A stretch of DNA of 64,000 nucleotides, taken from Parachlamydiales bacterium (lineage in GTDB: Bacteria > Chlamydiota > Chlamydiia > Chlamydiales > SM23-39). The stretch is taken from the NCBI GenBank assembly GCA_963800655.1, contig CAWDBT010000002.1:641964-705963 (forward strand), given 5' to 3'. Each line of letters opens with the position of its first letter. Position 1 is the stretch's first letter. The notes below the pieces were generated by a model. That model did not search any database. It was not told the origin of the DNA and worked only from the letters and a program-made list of their open reading frames with translations. The translations under genes and the position numbers were made by a program. Positions 37,182 through 45,375 of the stretch are shown here, piece by piece.

Positions 37182-37874
37182 TCAATGAATCTCTACACTT
37201 CCATTTCCATCATGCTGATGCATGACATGCAACATTGGAATCTGAATGTGAGCTTTATTCAAAAACTCTTCGAAAAAAAACTTCTCTACAAATGTTATTC
37301 CTAATAAACATTGATAAAATGCTCGATGAAGGATCTCCAATATATCTGGAATCAAATCGAAAGAAAACGACCATAAATCCAGAGGAATTACCGAAAACAC
37401 CTCTTCGCAATTCGGCCTGCGCCACATCACCGGCTCTGCAAAAATATATTTCCCGACAAACTCAGGATTATCATAATAAGATATATCAAAAGAATCCATC
37501 AGTTGATATCGACCTGTCATTCGAAAGATACGTTTTATTTTACAACCCGACAATTTCTGTAAAAACTTTAAAGATTCAACCACAGAATGAATTTCCAAAG
37601 CTCCCTTAACAGGAGGCCACATATTTTTTTTCAAAATAGAAACAATCATATGATCTTTTACAAAAAGAAAAAAATCAACTTTCTCACTGAGAAATGGAAC
37701 AAACTCCGAATCGTTTTGATCTAAAGAATTATCCACCAGAAGAACAATCGACTCCGGATCTTTTAATTTAATTCTTTCGATCGCAGATCGAACTTGCATC
37801 GCCCTGGATTTTGGATCGAAACAACTAACATCGCTAAAAACAGAAGAGGTTAATAAAAAGCAATTACGACCCAT
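37182..37874 (-). CDS. Island family-2 paralog E (uncharacterised, GT-A-like?)
   Basis: MGRNCFLLTSSVFSDVSCFDP...IVLLVDNSLD...MTGRYQLMDSFDISYY. The gene is AT-rich. The 'hydrophobic-strand + D/E-N-S' segment resembles the nucleotide-sugar binding strand of GT-A transferases, but this is a weak match. Confidence 0.6.
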   Translation of the reverse strand: MGRNCFLLTSSVFSDVSCFDPKSRAMQVRSAIERIKLKDPESIVLLVDNSLDQNDSEFVPFLSEKVDFFLFVKDHMIVSILKKNMWPPVKGALEIHSVVESLKFLQKLSGCKIKRIFRMTGRYQLMDSFDISYYDNPEFVGKYIFAEPVMWRRPNCEEVFSVIPLDLWSFSFDLIPDILEILHRAFYQCLLGITFVEKFFFEEFLNKAHIQIPMLHVMHQHDGNGSVEIH

Positions 37875-37926
37875 ACAAGCCATGTTTTATTTTTTTCAAA
37901 ACATAGCGACTATTATTATTAAAAAT

Positions 37927-38595
37927 CTATTTCTTTTTGAAATAATAATCGATTCCGTCGGCGATGCCTCGGGCGATTTTTTCCAAATACAGGGGATCTT
38001 TAAGAAAGGCCCGTTCCTGGGGATTCGAAATAAATCCCCCTTCGACGAGAACCGCGGGCATCTCGGTTTCTCGGATCACATATAAATTGCCGCGTTTGAC
38101 GCCTCGCGAAAGAGCCTGAGTCCGGCGAATCACCCTTGTCAGAATGGAATTGGCGAGCCTGCGCGAAGAATTCGCGCGGCGGACATTTTCCGACGAATCG
38201 CAAAAAAACACCTCGACGCCCTGAGCGGAAGGGGTGCGCGAAGAGTTGTAATGGATGCTGACAAATAAGTCGGTCCCCCCTTTATTGGCCAATTCGACCC
38301 GTTTCGGCAACGGAATAAACGTATCCGATTGCCTTGTGAGAAGCACGTGATAGCCGAGTTGAGCGAGATATTTTTTCACGAGTCTGGCGGTTTGCAATGC
38401 GAGTCGTTTCTCCTCGCAATAGGGATTGCGCCCTTTCGCTCCGAGATCTTGTCCCCCATGTCCGGCATCGATCGTAATCGAGGGGACTATTCCTAGCTGT
38501 CCCACAGCGGCGGCAACCCGCTCTTGACGGACGGCAGCAGAGGCAACCCAGGGGAGAAATAAAAAAAGCCACAACTGCCTTGCAATTGCATTCAT
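37927..38595 (-). CDS. amiA: N-acetylmuramoyl-L-alanine amidase (Amidase_3)
   Basis: Signal peptide followed by ITIDAGHGGQDLGAKG...SIHYNS...EGGFISN motifs. Confidence 0.9.
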   Translation of the reverse strand: MNAIARQLWLFLFLPWVASAAVRQERVAAAVGQLGIVPSITIDAGHGGQDLGAKGRNPYCEEKRLALQTARLVKKYLAQLGYHVLLTRQSDTFIPLPKRVELANKGGTDLFVSIHYNSSRTPSAQGVEVFFCDSSENVRRANSSRRLANSILTRVIRRTQALSRGVKRGNLYVIRETEMPAVLVEGGFISNPQERAFLKDPLYLEKIARGIADGIDYYFKKK

Positions 38596-38790
38596 CTAAG
38601 ACCGCGAGCAATATCTACCCAAAATACATGACAAATCAGTAAATCGGCAAGAGGTCTGTTCTCGGCGAAATGGAATTCTATTCGCAAACCTTCTCAAAAA
38701 GACCTCAGCTTGTGAATGCGACACTTTCGAAAGAAGGAAAAACCGCATAGGACGAACGCTATTCGGATGATGCAATTTTGGCCCGATCAT
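38596..38790 (-). CDS. Doubtful 64-codon ORF exactly filling the murE-amiA gap
   Basis: ATGA overlap with the murE stop, and its TAG abuts the amiA ATG. The composition is Arg/Phe-rich and unconvincing, and I recognised no family. Confidence 0.25.
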   Translation of the reverse strand: MIGPKLHHPNSVRPMRFFLLSKVSHSQAEVFLRRFANRIPFRREQTSCRFTDLSCILGRYCSRS

Positions 38791-40259
38791 CGAGGCTGTA
38801 GTTCGCAGAGCGCTTCGCGCACGGCATCTCGATCATCGAAAGGCACGGTCTGATGGGCGAAGATCTGCGTCCGTTCATGCCCTTTGCCTGCGATCAGAAC
38901 GATATCCCCGCACTTTGCGGCGGCGATTGCTTCCGCGATCGCTTTTTTTCGATCCAATTGGACTCGAACGGCTTTGAGACTGGAAAATCCAGCCAGGATC
39001 TGCCGGCAGATCTCCTCGGGATCTTCGCTCCGAGGATTATCCGAAGTGACGATTGAGAGATCGGAACCTCTGTCAGCTGCTTTTGCCAACGCGGGGCGCC
39101 GCCCGGGATCTCGATTGCCGCCGGCCCCGAATACGGTGATGATGCGCCCTCGCGTCGTTTCCCGAAGGGTTTGCAGCACCTGATCGAGAGCGTCCCCCAC
39201 ATGGGCATAATCGATAAAGATATGCAGCCCCCGTTGATTGGGAACTCGTTCGAGCCGCCCGGGAACGGTTTCGAAACGGCGGAAGATTCCGGCCATTTCT
39301 TCGAGCGAAAATCCGAGATGCAATCCGACTGCGGCCGCGCCCAACACATTGCAGACGTTGAATCGACCGATGAGAGGGATTAAAAACCGAGCGGATTCCT
39401 GCCGATAGCGGGCGACAAACGACGTTTGCCCGGCATTTAAAGAGATCTCCTCGGCTCGCAAGTCCGCTTTGGGGGAAAGCCCGAACGATAGCCGATGAGC
39501 CAAGCATCCCTCGAGCATAAAATCGGCCATGGGGTCGTCGGCATTCGCAATCGCGCATTTGTTTTCTTTGGAGCTTTGATTTAACAATCGGAACAGCTCG
39601 CGCTTGGCCTTGGCGTATGCCTCCATATTCCCGTGGAAATCGAGGTGATCGGGGATCAAATTCGTGAAAAGAGCGGCATCGAATTGAATCTGGTCGACTC
39701 TGCCTTGGATCAATCCATGGGAAGAGACTTCCAGCACGGCTGCCTTGCCTTTTTCGTTTGCGATTTCAGCCAACCACTTGTGATTTAAAGAGACGTCATG
39801 GGTCGTGTGGGTAGAAGGCATTCTCCTTCGGCCTGCGATCGTCTCGACCGTGCCGATGAGCCCGCTTGGCATCTGTTTGGCATCGAGCAAATGCTTGAGG
39901 AGATAGGTCGTCGTCGTCTTCCCCTTGGTTCCGGTCACTCCGGCGATAAATAACTTGCGCGAGGGATGCTCGAACAATCGATCGGCCAACAATGCCTCGA
40001 ACTTTTCCGGAGATGGGCAAATGAGCTGGGTGGCTTTGGAAAGAAGCGGATGATATAAATCGCAGACGACTGCAGCGGCTCCGTTTTGCACTGCCTGCGA
40101 GACAAACTCGCCGCCGTGATGCTTATCCCCCTTCTTTGCGATGAAAAGATTCCCAAACGCAACGGTGCGTGAATCGGAGGAAATGCCGGTGATTTCGATT
40201 TCTTTGGATCCCTTGATTGCGTCGAAGGGAATTCCGTCGATGAGCTTTTTAAGTTTCAT
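38787..40259 (-). CDS. murE: UDP-N-acetylmuramoyl-L-alanyl-D-glutamate--2,6-diaminopimelate ligase
   Basis: Mur ligase P-loop GVTGTKGKTTT and a DNPR motif (TSDNPRSEDP). Confidence 0.95.
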   Translation of the reverse strand: MKLKKLIDGIPFDAIKGSKEIEITGISSDSRTVAFGNLFIAKKGDKHHGGEFVSQAVQNGAAAVVCDLYHPLLSKATQLICPSPEKFEALLADRLFEHPSRKLFIAGVTGTKGKTTTTYLLKHLLDAKQMPSGLIGTVETIAGRRRMPSTHTTHDVSLNHKWLAEIANEKGKAAVLEVSSHGLIQGRVDQIQFDAALFTNLIPDHLDFHGNMEAYAKAKRELFRLLNQSSKENKCAIANADDPMADFMLEGCLAHRLSFGLSPKADLRAEEISLNAGQTSFVARYRQESARFLIPLIGRFNVCNVLGAAAVGLHLGFSLEEMAGIFRRFETVPGRLERVPNQRGLHIFIDYAHVGDALDQVLQTLRETTRGRIITVFGAGGNRDPGRRPALAKAADRGSDLSIVTSDNPRSEDPEEICRQILAGFSSLKAVRVQLDRKKAIAEAIAAAKCGDIVLIAGKGHERTQIFAHQTVPFDDRDAVREALCELQPR

Positions 40260-40287
40260 CTTATACCTTTTATAATTTTGTATTTTT

Positions 40288-40356
40288 CTATGCCGAAACT
40301 ACTTAGAGGGTGTCTACAAAGAGAAACTTCAGTCGTTTTTGGTAGACATCCTCTCA
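40288..40356. repeat. Chimeric repeat: PAL-B 5' fragment fused to a full PAL-A hairpin
   Basis: CTATGCCGAAACTACTT + AGAGGGTGTCTACAAAGAGAAACTTCAGTCGTTTTTGGTAGACATCCTCT. The last bases form the stop codon of ftsI. Confidence 0.85.
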
Positions 40357-42348
40357 CTCATTCCATTTCTGATAGAGCTGTTTGAGCGCCTGCGTTTCCG
40401 CCATCCAATCCGCTTTTTCGCTATCGCGGCGCGGATCTCCCGGAGGATATCCGTACGGATCATCCGGCTGCACTCCGAGATATTGCAGCGAACGGGTGGC
40501 GATTTCCCTAAATACCGGAGAGGCGCATACGCCCCCGAGTTGCTGCTTGCCGACTCCCGGGACAAACCTGACCTCGGGATCATCGATAGAAACCATAAGG
40601 ACGAACCGCGGGTTCTTGGCCGGCGCAAATCCCAGAAACGAAGAGATATGATGCTGCTTGGAATAGGTTCCGGCAATGATTTTTTCAGAAGTGCCGGATT
40701 TTCCCGCTTCGGTATATCCCATGATATCGGCTCGTTTCGACGAACCGCCTTCTTTCGTGACGAACTTCAATCCGCGAACCACCGGCTCCACAATCGACGG
40801 ACTGAGGACCTGTTTGGCTGTGATGGGGGTTTTCGTTCGATCGAAAATCACTTCCTGAGAGCCGTTCTGATGTCGACGGGCAATTTTTCGAACGAGGTGA
40901 GGCTGAACCATCTTCCCTCCATTCGCAAATACCCCATAGGCGCGCACCATCTGGATGCTGTTGATTAGCACATTGTGGCCGATCGCAAGGGAATAAGGGG
41001 TCGGAACAGACCATTCGAGTTTGCCGTTCGGGTGGAGCTTGCCCGGAGTTGGAATGAGCCCTGGATTTTCGGCGGGCAGTTCGATCATCGTCTTTTGCCC
41101 GAATCCGAAGATTTGCTCCAACGCATTCCGATACCACTTCTCTCCCATCGCTTCGATGAGCCTCTGCATGAGCCGCGCCATGTAGACGTTGGAGGATTTC
41201 TGAAGCCCTAAATACATGTTGAGATAGCGATGGGTTCTGCCGTCTTTCAAAGGAGAACTGCGCCCCGGAAACCAGCCGTTGGAAGTGGGAATTTTTTCAT
41301 CGGGGGAAAAAATCGGCTTTTTTTTCGCCGCGATCAACTCTTCATTCGCCTTGAGGCAAAGGGCGACTGTGATGGACTTGAAAATCGAACCGGGCTCGAA
41401 ACAATCGCTCACCGCTTTGACACGGGTATGCTCTTGAAGGCTCGGATCATTGAAATAATCGGGATAGCGGCTCAGGTGAAACGGCGGGTATTGGGCGAGA
41501 GCCAGGATCTCTCCGTTCGAAGGATCCATCATGACGGCCCATCCCCCTTTCGCCTTGACGGCTTTCACCCCTTTTTCCAATTCGGTTTCCGCGATCGCCT
41601 GCAAGTAATGGTTCACGGTGAGATAGATATCCGCTCCGTTTTCCGGTTCTTCGAGAACCGTTCCGGTGTCCAGAGGATGGCTCGGAGAGCGAGTGATCAG
41701 CCTTTTGCCCCTTTTTCCCTTGAGATAATGGTTGAACAGCATCTCCAGGCCGCCGGTCGGCAAACTCTGAAACGTATGGGGATCTTTTTCCTCTTGAACG
41801 GTATGGAGCACCGAGCCGAGCAACCCCCCGAACGGATAGGAACGCTTGTAATCGGAAAGGAAAAACAAAGCGTTCCGAACGATCTTCTCTTTTGCGGCAA
41901 ATGCGCTCCACCAAGACGAGATCTGATCTTTCATCTCGCGGTCGAGCCACATGGAAATCTTGCGGCTGCGGCTCTTGCGCCCGATTTCCGCTTTGATCTT
42001 CGCCTTTTTTTCCTTGTCGGCTTTCAACAGTTTGGCAAGTTGCTCTGCGATGGGATCTTTCAGCTCATTTGGAATGGAATCGGGATCCGCGTAGAGATGG
42101 AACTTCGGCACATCGATCGCAAAGGGCTGCTCGTCTTCGGGATGGCCGGGTTGAATCGAGGTATTGGAATAAAACGATCCGCGCATAAACGGCTCGTAAA
42201 CGATCGTCTGGTGCTGGGAAAGCGCGGTTCTAGTCCATTTCTCCCCTTCGACGATCTGAATATAGTAAAAACGGGCGATGAGCGCGGCGAACATGCCTGA
42301 AAGAACGGCGGCGATGCATGCGAGCCGCTTGCGATTACCAGAGTTCAT
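40354..42348 (-). CDS. ftsI: Penicillin-binding protein 3 / FtsI (class B transpeptidase)
   Basis: N-terminal anchor and dimerisation domain, plus the transpeptidase motifs S-x-x-K (SIFK), SSN and KSG(T). Confidence 0.93.
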   Translation of the reverse strand: MNSGNRKRLACIAAVLSGMFAALIARFYYIQIVEGEKWTRTALSQHQTIVYEPFMRGSFYSNTSIQPGHPEDEQPFAIDVPKFHLYADPDSIPNELKDPIAEQLAKLLKADKEKKAKIKAEIGRKSRSRKISMWLDREMKDQISSWWSAFAAKEKIVRNALFFLSDYKRSYPFGGLLGSVLHTVQEEKDPHTFQSLPTGGLEMLFNHYLKGKRGKRLITRSPSHPLDTGTVLEEPENGADIYLTVNHYLQAIAETELEKGVKAVKAKGGWAVMMDPSNGEILALAQYPPFHLSRYPDYFNDPSLQEHTRVKAVSDCFEPGSIFKSITVALCLKANEELIAAKKKPIFSPDEKIPTSNGWFPGRSSPLKDGRTHRYLNMYLGLQKSSNVYMARLMQRLIEAMGEKWYRNALEQIFGFGQKTMIELPAENPGLIPTPGKLHPNGKLEWSVPTPYSLAIGHNVLINSIQMVRAYGVFANGGKMVQPHLVRKIARRHQNGSQEVIFDRTKTPITAKQVLSPSIVEPVVRGLKFVTKEGGSSKRADIMGYTEAGKSGTSEKIIAGTYSKQHHISSFLGFAPAKNPRFVLMVSIDDPEVRFVPGVGKQQLGGVCASPVFREIATRSLQYLGVQPDDPYGYPPGDPRRDSEKADWMAETQALKQLYQKWNE

Positions 42349-42658
42349 CGAAACGGCCCGTCTCAGGCTGAAGAGCGATGCCTTCCGGCACGGTCATGAT
42401 TTCTTTGACAAGCGGATGCTTGAGATGGCTGAATTCGGGATGGTGCGCCAACTCGATCAGACGGGAGGGGCTTTCGATCCGGTCGATCTCATATCGAAGC
42501 CGCCGATTTTCTTCGCGGATTCCCTTCACTTCTTTTTCCATCTGGGGGAGTTTGATCCTGAGTTGCGTCAGCTGATTTTGCTTATGCTGATATGAATACA
42601 GGCAAAGCGACAGCACTCCGAGACAAAATCCAAGCCGAAGCATCCCGCCTTTTCTCAT
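42335..42658 (-). CDS. ftsL: FtsL-like small bitopic division protein (CT271-position)
   Basis: MRKGGMLRLGFCLGVLSLCLYSY is followed by a coiled coil (QLTQLRIKLPQMEKEVKGIREENRRLRYEI). The start is re-assigned to 42658 (ATGA overlap with rsmH). It lies between rsmH and ftsI. Confidence 0.7.
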   Translation of the reverse strand: MRKGGMLRLGFCLGVLSLCLYSYQHKQNQLTQLRIKLPQMEKEVKGIREENRRLRYEIDRIESPSRLIELAHHPEFSHLKHPLVKEIMTVPEGIALQPETGRFDELW

Positions 42659-43587
42659 TCTTCCACCTGCTCGACTTTTTCGGCTGCGCGCAATTTTGCA
42701 CTGCGGCAGCGCGGATTTTTCTTCACTTCTTCTTCGGTCGGCTCCAGCGGCTTTTTCGTTAAAATCCGCATCGTTCCCATCGGTTTGTCCGATCCTTTTT
42801 TCCGCTCGCGAAATTCGCATTTTTTGAAAGACTGTTTCGCAATCCGGTCTTCCAAACGATGAAACGAGATCACGGCGATCCGCCCTTGCGGGCAAAGGGA
42901 TTCGATTCCCCTTTCGATGCCGTTTTCCAATTCTTTCAACTCGTCGTTCACGGCGATTCTAAGCGCCTGAAACGTCAACGTGGCCGGATGGAGGTGGCCT
43001 CTTTTATAGCCGCCCGCCACCGGCATAATCGCCTCGACGAGTTCTTTCGTCGTCTTGAGCGGCCGTTTTTTACGCGCCGCCACGATCGCCCGGGCGATCG
43101 CGCGCGAACGGGGCTCTTCCCCGTATTCCTTCAAAATCCTCGCGAGATCGGCTTCCGTCCATCGGTTGACGACCTTTTCCGCCGTCAGAGGAGACTCGGG
43201 GTTCATCCGCATATCCAGCGGCCCCTCTCCCTGAAAACTAAATCCCCTAGCCTTTTGATCGAGCTGCATTGAAGAAACTCCCGCATCGATCAGAACGCCG
43301 TCAAAACATTCGATTTTCGCTTCCTTCATCCAAAGGCGGATGTCGGAATGACTCCCATGGACCAGGCGAATTTTTTCCTTCCAGGGCGATAATTCTTTCG
43401 CCGCAAGTTCCAGCGCTTGGGGATCTCGGTCGCATCCCACATATAATTCGATCTCCGGATGCGCGGCCAAGAGCGCCGCAGCATGTCCGCCTGCGCCGAG
43501 CGTCCCATCGAAAAATCGATTCACTTTGACGGGTTCGAAGATCTCCAGAACCTCTTTCAGAAGAACTGAAATATGAGGTCGGGTCAT
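42655..43587 (-). CDS. rsmH: 16S rRNA (cytosine1402-N4)-methyltransferase RsmH (MraW)
   Basis: HISVLLKEVLE...DGTLGAGGHA...GVLIDAGVSSMQLD...SFHRLEDR motifs. Confidence 0.95.
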   Translation of the reverse strand: MTRPHISVLLKEVLEIFEPVKVNRFFDGTLGAGGHAAALLAAHPEIELYVGCDRDPQALELAAKELSPWKEKIRLVHGSHSDIRLWMKEAKIECFDGVLIDAGVSSMQLDQKARGFSFQGEGPLDMRMNPESPLTAEKVVNRWTEADLARILKEYGEEPRSRAIARAIVAARKKRPLKTTKELVEAIMPVAGGYKRGHLHPATLTFQALRIAVNDELKELENGIERGIESLCPQGRIAVISFHRLEDRIAKQSFKKCEFRERKKGSDKPMGTMRILTKKPLEPTEEEVKKNPRCRSAKLRAAEKVEQVEE

Positions 43588-44072
43588 GTCGCTGCCGGCG
43601 TCTCTTCGGAAAGAAGAGCAAACGCTTCTTCCACCATTTTATCTAAATTTTGATCCGCCCCGCCATTGAGCAAATCGGCCAAGTTGCGGTCGTAAACTTC
43701 TTTGGGCCAGATTTCGATCTTATCCATGACTCCGGCGATCACGATCTCTTTTTCAATTCCAACCGCAGCCTTTAAAGGAGCGGGAATTCCCACGCGGCCG
43801 ATCTTGTCGCATTCGGTCGGGTGCAACGTCGAGAAAAACAGCGTGAAAAACTTCTGGTATTGAGCTACGTGCTGCTTTTCGCGGAACTTTTCCACAATTT
43901 TGTCGATCAGGGTTTTTCGATAGATCGCAAGACAGCCCCCGATCCCTAAGCCGATGACGAATTCGCATTTTCCTTCCTCGACAAGCCCATAGCGCATGGC
44001 TTGAGGAAGGACAAACCGCCCCTTGTCGTCGAGCTTGGTATCGGAAGATCCACTGAAGAAGAAGGCGCCCAT
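43584..44072 (-). CDS. mraZ: Transcriptional regulator MraZ
   Basis: Two SpoVT/AbrB-like halves, each with a D-x-x-x-R type motif (LDDKGRFVLP; CDKIGRVGIP). The alternative GTG start at 44084 adds 4 residues. Confidence 0.88.
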   Translation of the reverse strand: MGAFFFSGSSDTKLDDKGRFVLPQAMRYGLVEEGKCEFVIGLGIGGCLAIYRKTLIDKIVEKFREKQHVAQYQKFFTLFFSTLHPTECDKIGRVGIPAPLKAAVGIEKEIVIAGVMDKIEIWPKEVYDRNLADLLNGGADQNLDKMVEEAFALLSEETPAAT

Positions 44073-44200
44073 GATCTTTTCCACTTTCTACCACAGACTA
44101 GCAAAGCGGCCTCAAACCGCGCAATCGGTTTATCTCCCCACCCCCTTTTGCTTTCAGATAACTCACTATCGCTCAAACTACTCGGGCGAAACATTCCGTT

Positions 44201-44220
44201 TGTGGAAAATTGTGGAAATT
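44201..44220 (+). promoter_or_regulatory. Two head-to-tail 10-bp repeats TGTGGAAAAT/TGTGGAAATT (candidate MraZ operator or DnaA-box pair)
   Basis: Exact 10-bp phasing, 117-136 nt upstream of mraZ. A third related copy, CGTGGAAATT, lies at about 44337-44346. Confidence 0.4.
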
Positions 44221-44435
44221 CTGTTCACAAACAACCGCTCAACCGGCAAAACCAAATCGCAATCTTCTGGATTTCAGAACGATCCAATCCTTATAGAAAA
44301 AATCGGCCGGCTGTTCATAACTCGGATGCAAAAATGCGTGGAAATTCGAAAAACTTCGGATTTCCTAGGAATATTTCTTGATCTCCGTGCATCATGTTGG
44401 CATCTTGCAAATGAACAGCTGAAAATTCGGTCTTT

Positions 44436-44882
44436 ATGGATGCGCATCCAGTCACAATCGACAACCTCGGGATCGACGCTTCCCGCACCTATGCCAAAAA
44501 CCAGGAATTGCTCGATAAAAATCTTCGGGCCGATTCGCTATCGATTTCAAAAAAAACTGAAATTTCAGTCATATCGCCTTATCTGGCAGAAGGAGAAGAT
44601 CGGCAGTTTGCCGTCGGCGTCGCTCAGGGATGGGTCGTTTTCTCGCTGCCTAAAAACTACGGGATCGACGTAGCGAGGCTATTCACTTATCAGTTAGCTC
44701 CTTCTTTGGGCTCCCAGGAAGAAGAGGAAGCCATTATAGAATCCCTCTCCTTGCTAGAGGGATTGAATCCCCTTGAAGAAGTAGAGAGAAAAAAAATCCT
44801 CTCATGCTTAAAAATGCTAAAGGAATTGCGCAAGCTCATGGAGCAAATCATTGGGCGCTGCAATCAATTCCATAGGGGCTGA
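44436..44882 (+). CDS. Hypothetical 148-aa protein translationally coupled to a TPR chaperone gene
   Basis: Good ORF whose TGA overlaps the ATG of the next gene (TGATG). I recognised no family. Confidence 0.6.
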   Translation: MDAHPVTIDNLGIDASRTYAKNQELLDKNLRADSLSISKKTEISVISPYLAEGEDRQFAVGVAQGWVVFSLPKNYGIDVARLFTYQLAPSLGSQEEEEAIIESLSLLEGLNPLEEVERKKILSCLKMLKELRKLMEQIIGRCNQFHRG

Positions 44883-45274
44883 TGATGGATTGGAAAGACG
44901 TGCTGGGTTGGAATGAAAGAGAAATAGAAGATGTCCGCCTTTTAGGAGCTTCCTATCTCCGCCAAGGCGTTTATGACACAGCTCTCGTCATGTTCGAGGC
45001 GCTCGCCGCAATCGATCCTGCCAATCCTTACGACCTACAAACGCTCGGAGCTTTGCATCTGCAGCAAGGCGAAGGGATGAAAGCCCTCGATTATTTGGAT
45101 CGCGCGCTAAAACTCGATCCGACCGACGCGAAAATCAAACTCAATCGAGCCAAAGCCTTATTCATGCTGGGTTATCGCAGGCAAGGCTTACTGGAAGCGA
45201 GAGAACTGCAAAGCGCGCAAGACGCGGAAGTCGCCTCTCAGGCAAGCGCCCTGATCCTCGCCTACAGCTCTTAG
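44882..45274 (+). CDS. Small all-TPR protein, T3SS class II / YscY-like chaperone candidate
   Basis: 130 aa made of three TPR-like helical pairs (LGASYLRQGVYDTALVMFEALAAIDPANPYDLQTLGALHLQQGEGMKALDYLDRALKLDPTDAKIKLNRAKALFMLG). Confidence 0.6.
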   Translation: MMDWKDVLGWNEREIEDVRLLGASYLRQGVYDTALVMFEALAAIDPANPYDLQTLGALHLQQGEGMKALDYLDRALKLDPTDAKIKLNRAKALFMLGYRRQGLLEARELQSAQDAEVASQASALILAYSS

Positions 45275-45344
45275 AAGCTGTCCTACGAGATCCATTATAT
45301 AAGGCTCTTCGATTCTTTGGGTTGTTTTGGCCGCTCGCAGTATA

Positions 45345-45375
45345 AGAGTGTGTCTGCAAATTGCAGACACACTCT
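45345..45375. repeat. PAL-A-related perfect palindrome
   Basis: AGAGTGTGTCTGCAA-A-TTGCAGACACACTCT. Confidence 0.75.

Noticed and set aside
29178-37926. Interpretation of the tRNA-Arg-adjacent island as an integrative element or prophage remnant.
   Set aside because: I found no integrase, excisionase, phage or conjugation gene. I also found no direct repeat of the tRNA 3' end at the distal border. Only composition and location argue for horizontal origin, so it is reported as a glycan island rather than a mobile element.
41230-42300. 356-aa ORF antisense to ftsI. Similar large shadow ORFs occur at 8143..8931, 12973..13818, 28201..28941, 40339..40968, 47268..47897, 51712..52497, 57688..58392 and 58787..59383.
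   Set aside because: They are shadow ORFs of well-supported genes, with Arg/Gly/Asp-rich composition and no recognisable domains or start contexts.
42659-42895. Upstream part of ORF 42335..42895, overlapping rsmH.
   Set aside because: It lies inside the rsmH coding sequence in another frame and is Arg-rich. The FtsL-like TM and coiled coil start at the ATG at 42658.
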